Origin: Bacteroidota bacterium
GTDB taxonomy: Bacteria > Bacteroidota > Bacteroidia > Bacteroidales > PUMT01
Reading direction: 5' to 3'
DNA length: 64,000 nucleotides
NCBI GenBank assembly: GCA_003554865.1
Contig: PWHJ01000221.1
Span: 6,594-70,593, forward strand
Of this stretch, positions 50,185 through 58,469 are shown piece after piece. Position numbers and translations under genes: made by a program. Under the pieces are notes generated by a model, which was not told where the DNA came from, made no database searches, and saw only the letters and a program-made list of their open reading frames with translations. Each line of letters opens with the position of its first letter. Position 1 is the first letter of the stretch.

Positions 50185-50224
50185 GGGACAATTATTTGAT
50201 GCATCTTATTTAGTAAGATTTGGC

Positions 50225-53200
50225 TCATGAGTTAATTTCAATAATACTCTTTTCATTTCTTTTCAAGATATTCTTAACCAAGCTGCATTCCTGCTCATCA
50301 GTAAATGTGTGAAGTTGTATTGCACTGGCAGGGCATGCCGCTGCACAGTTTCCGCATCCCTGACACTTGGCCGCATCAACTTCTGCTTTTCCGTTTTTAT
50401 TAATAAACGGGGCATTAAACAAGCATTCTCTGATACATGTAAGACATGAGGCACACTTATCTTCATTTATCACGGAAACAACACCACCCACCTCAAGTGA
50501 GTCTTTCGAGAGGACCGTTACCGCCCTGCCCGCTGCCGCTACACCCTGCATTATGTTTTCCTCGGTATTTTTGGGAGAATGTGCCATTCCGCATATAAAT
50601 ACACCTTCATTGGCGAAATCAACCGGACGAAGTTTAATATGAGCCTCCATGAAATTGCCGTGCTCATCCAGGGGAAGTTTCATCAATTCGGCAAGATGGC
50701 CGTTCGACTCTTTAGTTGCCTCTATACCCGCACTTAGTACCAGCTGATCACATTCAAGTGTAACATAATCGTTAAGCACGGTGTCTTTAACTTTTATAGT
50801 GAGCTTGTTTTTATTTTCCTCAACTTCCGGATATTCCTCATCGGGGAAATGGATAAACTTAACACCCAGCTCCCTTGCCCTGCGGTAGAAGATCTCACGT
50901 ATGGTATATGTTCTTATATCACGGTAAAGAATATATACTTTGGAATCCGGGTCCTTTTCCTTTATACTTATTGCATTTTTAATAGCCTCACTGCAACAGA
51001 CCCGGGAACAATAATTATGCTCATCGTCACGGCTTCCCACACACTGGATCATTGCAACCGTTCCGAATTTTTCTTTTTTATCGATCTCAAATTCAAACCC
51101 CCGTTGAGTAATAACATTTTTATTTTTACCGTAAAGAAAGTTTTCAGTTTCATACTCCTTTGCACCGGTTGCAATTAATATAACCCCGTGATCAATTTCC
51201 GTTTTATTATCATCGAGAGTGGTTGTAAAATTCCCAATAGAGCCGTTAACAGACTTGATATTAGTGTTCAAGTGGATATCGATCAGCTCTTCATCATTAA
51301 CTTCACGTATCTTATTTTTCAGAAATTCCTGCCAGTCCTCTCCGTTGATCTCCTTGTTCAAATAAATCATGTTGCCGCCCAGCTCACTCTCCTTTTCAAC
51401 AAGATGAACCTTAAACCCCTGTCTTGCCAGAGAAAGCGAGGCCGTCATACCTGTTATACCTCCTCCTACAACCAGGGCATTTTTATTGACAGATATTGTT
51501 TTAAGCTGTAAAGGCTCCAGATGCATTGCTTTCCCGACACTTCCCCTTACCAGTGCTTTGGCTTTTTCCGTTGCCAGCTCCGGCTCCTTCTGGTGCACCC
51601 AGGAGCACTGTTCCCTGATATCGGTCATTTCAAAAAGATACTTGTTCAGTCCACCCTCACGCAAAGTCTCCTGAAACAGACCTTCATGAGTACGCGGAGT
51701 ACAGGATGCAACCACTACCCTGTTAAGGTTATACTCATCGATCAGCTCTTTCATCCTTTTTTGGGTATCCTGGGAGCAGTTGTATATTGTATGCTCGGCA
51801 TAAACGACACCCGGCAAATTTTTGGCATATTCGGCAACCGCTTCAACATCCACAACGGATGCTATGTTTATGCCGCAATGACAAATAAATACCCCAATGC
51901 GTGCTTCAGTATCCGCCACTTTCTTTTCCACCGGATATCTTTTTGCCGTTATTTCGGTGTTACGAACTTCTTTGAGAACTTCGCTGCTCAATGCAGCCGC
52001 CGAACTTCCCTGAGTTACAGCTTCGGGAATATCGCTCGGTCCGTTTCCGGCACCGCACAAATAAATACCCCTGCGGGTTGACATAAGCGGCTTAAGCGAC
52101 TCCTCAAGGAAAAATCCAAACCTGTTCTGCTCAATACCGAGAATTTCGCTGATCTTCCTGTTGGCCGGATTGGCAAGCAAGCCGACCGAAAGTACCACCA
52201 TGTCGAATTCCATTTCCTTATAGATGCCGTCCTCAATAAAACTAAGATTCAAACCCCTTGTCACAGGATTCTCTTTTACCGAAGAAATCTGACTGCGCAC
52301 AAACCTTACACCCGAATCATGCCTTGCCTGCTTATAAAAACTCTCAAAGCCCTTTCCGAAAGCTCTGATGTCTATATAAAAAATATAAGGTTGAACTTCA
52401 GGATCATGATCTTTGGCGATCATAGCCTCTTTAAGAGCATACATGCAACATACTGAAGAACAGTAGTCACTGCCCGTGGGGGTAACATCTCTCGATCCCA
52501 CACATTGGATCCAGGCAATCTTTTTAGGCGGCTTGGCGTCAGACGGGCGCGTTACATGGCCCTCATACGGTCCGGAAGCACTCAGAATCCGCTCAAACTG
52601 TATACTGGTTACAACATTGGGATATATGCCAAAGCCGTATTCCGGCTTCCTCTTTGCATCATAGGGAACGAATCCTCCTGTGGATATTACAGTTCCCACA
52701 TTGATCTGCAATGTCTCATCCTGCTGATTGTGTAAAACACCTTCGGCCTTGCATATGCGAACACATTCCATACATTCGGCACAGCTTGCACATTGGAGGC
52801 ATCTTTTAGCTTCATTTACAGCTTGCTCTTCTGTAAATGTACTTTCAATCTCATCAAAATTACCGCTTCTGCTTCCGGCTTCTGCTATAGAAGGGCTGGT
52901 ACGTTTAACCGGTTCTTTATCCACCCCTTCGGGCATCCCGGCAAAATCGCCGTCAATGTCAACCGGTTCTCTCTCTGTTTTCAGATCCTCCTTATTCAGG
53001 AAACGGTCAATGGATTCCGAAGCACGGTGCCCCATTGCTACCGACTCCACCAGTGAAGAAGGGCCGATCACCATGTCTCCTCCGGCAAACACACCCTCTT
53101 CGGAACATTCCAGGGTCAAAGGATCGGTACAAATCCATCCTTTATCGCTTTTAACAGAAGGATCAAGTCCACAGAGATCACATTCCTGTCCGGTTGCAGG

Positions 53201-54685
53201 AATCACAGTATCTGCCTCCACCACAGTTGTCTGATCAGGATCGGTCTGCAGTGAACGCTCCCCTTTGCTGTTATATACAGTCTCACATTTTTCAACTTCC
53301 AGTCCGCTAACCTTTCCATCCTCAAATACTATCTTTTTAGGGGACCATGAATTTTTTATCTCTACCCCTTCTTCAAGAGCCTCTTCGATCTCCCATGAAT
53401 GGGCAGGCATCTCCTCTTTGGTTCGGCGGTAAACAATTGTCACCTCAGAACCCATACGGATAGCCGAGCGTGCGACATCAACCGCAACGTTACCGCCACC
53501 TATAACGGCAACCTTTGAACCTGCCGAAGGTTTTTTTCCTTCACTTATTTCTCTGAGAAAAGATAGCCCATATATTACACCCTCGCCACCGGCAGTGTCA
53601 AGGGGTATCTCTTTGGCCTTTTGGGCCCCGAGCGAAACAAAAACCGCCTTGTAGCCCTGCTGTTTGAGATCCTTAATTGAAAAGTCCACCCCCAGTGTCT
53701 GTCCTTTTTTAACCTCGATACCATCATCAACCATCAATTGAATCTCATAATCGAGATAATCTTTAGGCAACCTGTAATCGGGTATACCTGTGCGCATCAT
53801 GCCCCCCAGCTTATCGCCCGCCTCAAAAAGAGTCACTTTATATCCTTTTTTCACAAGATCATGAGCACAGGTAAGACCTGCAGGGCCACCACCAATCACC
53901 GCAACTTTTTCTTCAGGGGCGGCGGAATTCTCACTTTGTAATTTATTTTCCCTTTCAGGAAGACCTCCCTCTTCGAGGAGTCTCTTTTCATAATCCGCTG
54001 CAAAACGCTTAAGGTTACGCACAGATACCGGTTGGTCAATTTCATTGCGATTGCAATTCTCCTCGCACGGATGATGGCATATCCTGCCGCAAACCCCGGC
54101 AAAAGGCATCCTTTCCCTGATAAGATCAACCGCCTCCAGGAATTTACCCTTTGCAATCAGAGCCGTATAGCCCTGCACATTGACACCTGCCGGGCAGGTG
54201 TTTTTACACGGGGCTGCAGGTGTGGATTTGTCTATGGTATAAACATTCGGGATTGCCTGGGGATATAACCGGTAAATCGCTTTGCGGTTTGAGAGCTGTC
54301 CATTAAATTCGTCTATTCTTACAACAGGGCACTCCAGCTCACACTCCCCGCAGCCGTTACATTTGTCTTCATCAACATAACGGGCCTTTTTATTTATGGT
54401 AGCTGTAAAATTCCCTGCTTCTCCCTCTATTTTATCCAGCTCTGCATAGGAGATAATCTCTATATTAAGATGGCGGCCTGTTTCCACCAGCTTGGGAGAT
54501 ATCATACACATGGCGCAATCGTTGGTGGGGAAGGTTTTATCGAGTTTCGCCATGTTACCACCGATAGCAGGCTCTTTTTCCAGCAGGTAAACTTTATACC
54601 CCATTTCAGCGCTGTCAATGGCAGCCTGCATTCCTGCAATACCGCCTCCTATAACCAATACTGAACCTGTTTGCTTATTATGCAT
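50225..54685 (-). CDS. hdrA: Giant HdrA-like flavo-iron-sulfur protein: HdrA (interrupted by an NfnB/GltD-like NAD(P)H module) fused to a second complete HdrA
   Basis: VIGGGIAGMQAA...GGNMAKLDKTFPTNDCAMC; CPAGVNVQGY...GRICHHPCEENC; VAVIGGGPAGL; VAVIGGGNVAVD; IAWIQCVGSRD; RIGVFICHCGINI...REQCSWVH; LVVGGGITGM; VAMIQCVGSRDD; terminal CASCLTCIRECL / CQGCGNCAAACP. Confidence 0.9.
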   Translation of the reverse strand: MHNKQTGSVLVIGGGIAGMQAAIDSAEMGYKVYLLEKEPAIGGNMAKLDKTFPTNDCAMCMISPKLVETGRHLNIEIISYAELDKIEGEAGNFTATINKKARYVDEDKCNGCGECELECPVVRIDEFNGQLSNRKAIYRLYPQAIPNVYTIDKSTPAAPCKNTCPAGVNVQGYTALIAKGKFLEAVDLIRERMPFAGVCGRICHHPCEENCNRNEIDQPVSVRNLKRFAADYEKRLLEEGGLPERENKLQSENSAAPEEKVAVIGGGPAGLTCAHDLVKKGYKVTLFEAGDKLGGMMRTGIPDYRLPKDYLDYEIQLMVDDGIEVKKGQTLGVDFSIKDLKQQGYKAVFVSLGAQKAKEIPLDTAGGEGVIYGLSFLREISEGKKPSAGSKVAVIGGGNVAVDVARSAIRMGSEVTIVYRRTKEEMPAHSWEIEEALEEGVEIKNSWSPKKIVFEDGKVSGLEVEKCETVYNSKGERSLQTDPDQTTVVEADTVIPATGQECDLCGLDPSVKSDKGWICTDPLTLECSEEGVFAGGDMVIGPSSLVESVAMGHRASESIDRFLNKEDLKTEREPVDIDGDFAGMPEGVDKEPVKRTSPSIAEAGSRSGNFDEIESTFTEEQAVNEAKRCLQCASCAECMECVRICKAEGVLHNQQDETLQINVGTVISTGGFVPYDAKRKPEYGFGIYPNVVTSIQFERILSASGPYEGHVTRPSDAKPPKKIAWIQCVGSRDVTPTGSDYCSSVCCMYALKEAMIAKDHDPEVQPYIFYIDIRAFGKGFESFYKQARHDSGVRFVRSQISSVKENPVTRGLNLSFIEDGIYKEMEFDMVVLSVGLLANPANRKISEILGIEQNRFGFFLEESLKPLMSTRRGIYLCGAGNGPSDIPEAVTQGSSAAALSSEVLKEVRNTEITAKRYPVEKKVADTEARIGVFICHCGINIASVVDVEAVAEYAKNLPGVVYAEHTIYNCSQDTQKRMKELIDEYNLNRVVVASCTPRTHEGLFQETLREGGLNKYLFEMTDIREQCSWVHQKEPELATEKAKALVRGSVGKAMHLEPLQLKTISVNKNALVVGGGITGMTASLSLARQGFKVHLVEKESELGGNMIYLNKEINGEDWQEFLKNKIREVNDEELIDIHLNTNIKSVNGSIGNFTTTLDDNKTEIDHGVILIATGAKEYETENFLYGKNKNVITQRGFEFEIDKKEKFGTVAMIQCVGSRDDEHNYCSRVCCSEAIKNAISIKEKDPDSKVYILYRDIRTYTIREIFYRRARELGVKFIHFPDEEYPEVEENKNKLTIKVKDTVLNDYVTLECDQLVLSAGIEATKESNGHLAELMKLPLDEHGNFMEAHIKLRPVDFANEGVFICGMAHSPKNTEENIMQGVAAAGRAVTVLSKDSLEVGGVVSVINEDKCASCLTCIRECLFNAPFINKNGKAEVDAAKCQGCGNCAAACPASAIQLHTFTDEQECSLVKNILKRNEKSIIEINS

Positions 54686-54723
54686 TATAATAAAGCTCCT
54701 TTATGTTTTATCAATTATTAGTC

Positions 54724-55611
54724 TTAACTATTTTTCAATGAACGGGTTTTATAGATTGACCCCAAAGGGACAAAGTTTTTCTTAAATCCCAGATCAGCGG
54801 GACTGCAGCCAAATGCCACTCCCATCAACTGGGTAATAAAAGCCACCGGCAACGGATATTCAACTGGATACTTTTTCCGGATTGAATCTTGCTTTGTATC
54901 GAGATTGGTCTGACACATAGGACAGGATACCGCAACACAGTCCACCCCCCTTAGTCCGGCATCCTTCAACACTTTGCCCACAAGCTTTTCGGCAATTGTA
55001 TTTACGGTAACAAACAAACTCGCCCCACAGCAATCCGTTTTATATGACCAGTCTACCACCTCACCACCCAGAGCTTTTACAATTTCATCCATGCTCATGG
55101 GGTATTCCCGGGTATCGAAAGCTTTTTCTATGGGAACCCGTGTATTCAGGCATCCGTAATAACAGGCAACCTTAAGCCCGTTAAGGGGATTTTTTACATA
55201 TTTTGAAATATGATCAAGGCCCACAACATTCACGAAAAAGTCGAGTATATTCCTGACCTTGACCTGGCCCTTATAGGGAAGATCACTTTCATTGTTCAGT
55301 TTCTCCAGCAGCTTTTCATCATTATTAAGCTCATATTCCGCCCCTACCAGCCTGAAATAACAGGATGCACAAGGGACAACCAACTCCCTGATCCCTTGCT
55401 TTTCTGCCAGCGCCAGATTTTTATGGCTCAACATCAGGTTAAGATGCTGATCTACAGACTTTACAGATGTTGCCCCGCAACAGTTCCAGTCAGCTATCTC
55501 CCTGAAAGGTATCTGCAGAACACCGAAAACGGTCTTGATACTCTGCAAATAGTGAGATGAGCTGGTTTCAAGGCTACAGCCCGGATATATAGCAATTTCA
55601 TCTTTGTTCAT
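54724..55611 (-). CDS. hdrB: HdrB-like subunit (two CCG cysteine-rich domains)
   Basis: YPGCS...DWNCCGATS and YYGC...KTDCCGASL are the duplicated CCG-domain signatures. Confidence 0.85.
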   Translation of the reverse strand: MNKDEIAIYPGCSLETSSSHYLQSIKTVFGVLQIPFREIADWNCCGATSVKSVDQHLNLMLSHKNLALAEKQGIRELVVPCASCYFRLVGAEYELNNDEKLLEKLNNESDLPYKGQVKVRNILDFFVNVVGLDHISKYVKNPLNGLKVACYYGCLNTRVPIEKAFDTREYPMSMDEIVKALGGEVVDWSYKTDCCGASLFVTVNTIAEKLVGKVLKDAGLRGVDCVAVSCPMCQTNLDTKQDSIRKKYPVEYPLPVAFITQLMGVAFGCSPADLGFKKNFVPLGSIYKTRSLKNS

Positions 55612-55659
55612 AAAAATTTTTTTTCAAGAAAACAGTCTCTCCAAGAACCAACCTGTATT

Positions 55660-56184
55660 TCAGTCCTTTGGTGAAATTTGTTTTATCCAGTTGCGAAAAC
55701 CTTTTACCGCCTTTGGTGGCGTAAAATGCAGCTTGTTCTTCATCAGCATTTTAGGTCCCAACATCGCATTTTTGAAAGGTTTGCCCAGCCGCAAATTATA
55801 CTCAATCATAATCCTGAACTCATGCACCTTGCCCCTTCTTAAAATATCATCCGTAAAAGTCTTGTGGAACTTATAAATATCATTCCTTTTTGGTTTAAGT
55901 CCACGCTCCAAAGCCATTTGCTTCAGCCGGGTCATTATATTGGGGATCTCGATATCGTTGGGGCATTTTACAGCACAAGCATAACAACTTGCGCAAATCC
56001 AGGGAGTTTCAGTTTTGAATACTTTTTCCTCCATTCCAAGGGAAGTAAGATGAATAACTATATGCGGATACACATCCATCTCCTCCACCACCGGGCAACC
56101 GGCTGAACACTTTCCACACTGGTAACAAAGCGATGTCTCACTGTACAACTCTTTTTTCGTCTTCTCCAGTTCAGGTGTCTCCAT
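55660..56184 (-). CDS. hdrC: HdrC-like subunit (2x[4Fe-4S])
   Basis: CYQCGKCSAGCP and CASCYACAVKCP. 174 aa. First gene of the operon. Confidence 0.85.
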   Translation of the reverse strand: METPELEKTKKELYSETSLCYQCGKCSAGCPVVEEMDVYPHIVIHLTSLGMEEKVFKTETPWICASCYACAVKCPNDIEIPNIMTRLKQMALERGLKPKRNDIYKFHKTFTDDILRRGKVHEFRIMIEYNLRLGKPFKNAMLGPKMLMKNKLHFTPPKAVKGFRNWIKQISPKD

Positions 56185-56212
56185 AATATAATTAAAAAAT
56201 AAATTTAAACTG

Positions 56213-56220
56213 CAAAGTTA
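56213..56220 (-). promoter_or_regulatory. -7 box TAACTTTG upstream of hdrC
   Basis: The minus strand reads TAACTTTG (TAnnTTTG), 28 nt before the ATG at 56184. Confidence 0.4.
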
Positions 56221-56536
56221 TAATAAATCCTGACACATCTCGAATTTTATTGCATTTATTACATGTCTTGCCCACATAACTAGCTCAATATAAGCGCCTT
56301 AGATCCAGGACGAAAACCGGCACTTAGGATAAAAACAATATTATGTCGATCACAAGCGCTGCTGCCACGAATATTATAACAGCCAAACTACTCAAAATGT
56401 TCTGCACCCGGAAAAATTCACCTTCAAGTTTACTATCGACCCATACCTTGTAGATATTAATATAATTTGCCTGCCAACATACCCCGGCATGCAAAAAAAA
56501 TTTGACAAGCATGATAATACGGCAAACAGGCGGCTA

Positions 56537-56971
56537 TTAGAGCCCGGGCTTTATAGTATCATTATAGAATTTTGCAAACGCTTCCCTGATCTCATCCCTC
56601 ACCCGGGCAAACTCGTGGCGTACCTCTTCAGGGGAGCCCTCGGCCATGTAAGGGTCGTCAAAACCTAAATGAAGGCGTTTTTTGACATTGCCGCTAAAAA
56701 CAGGACATGTTTCATAAGCACTGTCGCAGACAGTTATAACATAATCCCATTGCTCATTTAAATATTTTTCTACCGGTTCGGATTTATGACCACTTATATC
56801 AATTCCGGCCTCTTTCATCACTTCCGTGGCCTTCGAGCTTACTTTACCGGATGGATGAGTTCCGGCTGAACGCACTGTAAGCCTATCGTCAAATGAACTC
56901 AAAAATCCCTCTGCCATCTGGCTGCGGCATGAATTGCCTGTACATATGATCAAGATTTTCATTTTTTGCAA
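56537..56971 (-). CDS. arsC: Arsenate reductase, LMW-PTP/thioredoxin-coupled type
   Basis: P-loop CTGNSCRS at the N-terminus plus the downstream Cys pair in VITVCDSAYETCP. Confidence 0.8.
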   Translation of the reverse strand: MQKMKILIICTGNSCRSQMAEGFLSSFDDRLTVRSAGTHPSGKVSSKATEVMKEAGIDISGHKSEPVEKYLNEQWDYVITVCDSAYETCPVFSGNVKKRLHLGFDDPYMAEGSPEEVRHEFARVRDEIREAFAKFYNDTIKPGL

Positions 56972-57156
56972 TTTTTTAAAATATTATTTCCTGTACCGAT
57001 ACTCCTGAAAAATTTTTAAGTAAATATTTAAGTTTTTGCACCCGGTGTGCATCTCACTGGCAATACCGATTGTAATGCATATAGCCATAGGGCTTTGCAG
57101 AGCGTTTTTTCAAACGGTAAAAATAATAAGATAGGCTGAAAAATCAACGATCACTA

Positions 57157-57339
57157 TCAGGCAGCCATATATTTAAAAAGCTCATAAACCATAAGGGCGG
57201 GCCATACCAAAGCTTTAACAAACCCCCAGACCCCCATCCATAATGAAGTAGACTGAGAAATAAAAAAAACCGCAGCCCCGATAAAACCCAGTCCATAAAC
57301 CGCATTTGCGGTTCCGGAATTGTGAATTCTTTTTGTCAT
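57157..57339 (-). CDS. Small two-helix membrane protein
   Basis: 60 aa. AVYGLGFIGAAVFFISQSTSLWMGVWGFVKALVWPALMVYELF looks like a conserved small membrane protein family. The name is not recalled. Confidence 0.5.
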   Translation of the reverse strand: MTKRIHNSGTANAVYGLGFIGAAVFFISQSTSLWMGVWGFVKALVWPALMVYELFKYMAA

Positions 57340-57440
57340 TTTATTTTATATAGTTCAATTGCAACAACTTTATCAAAAGGTGTAATATTGACCCTGTTCA
57401 ATATTTTTAACCATTACCATGCATCGGAATCCTGTGACTA

Positions 57441-58169
57441 TCATTCCCAGTGAGGAAAGTATTGTATGTTTATCCTAACAGGATATGCATTTGCCGCAAT
57501 TTCCTCAAGGCAATCAAGCCAGATACTGACGGCCTCCTCATCTACAGCCGTTTCGGCTCCTTCAAGCATCAGCTGCTGAGCCCTTTTCATAAGATCAGCC
57601 CCCTCCTGTACCCTTCCTGATTTAATCAACCCTTCAGCTCTTTTTATCATATCCTGCACATCTTCAGTCTCACCAACACCTCCCATCTTTTTATGGTATT
57701 TGTCATAAATCAGCTCATCCACCGAAACCAGATTTCCCTGATCATCCTCTTTCTGAAGAAAGAAATAATTATTATAAGGGGTGTACCTCCTTTCGGTTTC
57801 ATCAAATTTTTCCTGACTTATATGACCCAGGGTCATCAATCCCCTGATCTCATTTAAAACCCGGTTAACAGCCTTGCTGCGACCAGACCTGTAGTGAATA
57901 TAGACACCATCCGACTCGGGCATTCGGGCATAATACCGGAAAAAAGTTCTCTTACCCTGTTCGCCAACATCATCTTCCCTGTTAGGAGAGCCATTCTCCT
58001 TTACATAAAAGGCCTTAACCTCATCATATGAGTCATTAATTAAAAAAGCCATCTCGCTGACCGGACTGAAAGGAACTGCACCGGGGTAGACCGATGGTTT
58101 TCGCTGAGCATAACTTCCCGCTGCTAAAAAAGCCAGCAAAACCACTAAAATTAAACATTTGACCTTCAT
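57441..58169 (-). CDS. Hypothetical secreted protein
   Basis: ATG at 58169 gives MKVKCLILVVLLAFLAAGSYAQ (signal peptide). No recognised domain. Confidence 0.6.
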   Translation of the reverse strand: MKVKCLILVVLLAFLAAGSYAQRKPSVYPGAVPFSPVSEMAFLINDSYDEVKAFYVKENGSPNREDDVGEQGKRTFFRYYARMPESDGVYIHYRSGRSKAVNRVLNEIRGLMTLGHISQEKFDETERRYTPYNNYFFLQKEDDQGNLVSVDELIYDKYHKKMGGVGETEDVQDMIKRAEGLIKSGRVQEGADLMKRAQQLMLEGAETAVDEEAVSIWLDCLEEIAANAYPVRINIQYFPHWE

Positions 58170-58178
58170 AAGTGCAAA

Positions 58179-58186
58179 CAAATTTA
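58179..58186 (-). promoter_or_regulatory. -7 box TAAATTTG just upstream of the secreted-protein gene
   Basis: The minus strand reads TAAATTTG. It ends only about 10 nt from ATG 58169, so it would imply a very short leader. Confidence 0.3.
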
Positions 58187-58214
58187 ATTAGTATTGATGT
58201 TAGTTATTTTATAA

Positions 58215-58229
58215 TTTTTTTTTTTTTTT
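58215..58229. repeat. T15 homopolymer (A15 on the coding strand)
   Basis: Counted directly: 15 consecutive T, 46-60 nt upstream of ATG 58169. Confidence 0.95.
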
Positions 58230-58469
58230 GACCACATGGCCCCTTGTTTGTTCATCTTATTTTATTTGCCGAAGGCTGATTAAGGTACATCACCATAAAT
58301 CTGATTAGGTACCATAAGATTAGTTAAACTACTGAAAGGCAAATTACAAAAAAACAACACCAGATTCAAGATTATTGAAAAATAATTTAAAGGTGTATAA
58401 TGTATGGCTGAGAAAACTAAGCAGTAAAAAACATTTGATGTTATTTTGGCTGCCGAAGGTAGGTGGGGA

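Noticed and set aside
56324-56512. 62-aa ORF between arsC and hdrC
   Set aside because: It has one hydrophobic tail but no motif and an odd N-terminus. It lies in the likely promoter region of the hdr operon. I kept it out of the feature list.
56537-57339. arsC plus small membrane protein as an arsenic-resistance operon
   Set aside because: No arsB/acr3, arsR or arsA is nearby. A lone LMW-PTP-type ArsC could equally be a general phosphatase or redox enzyme.
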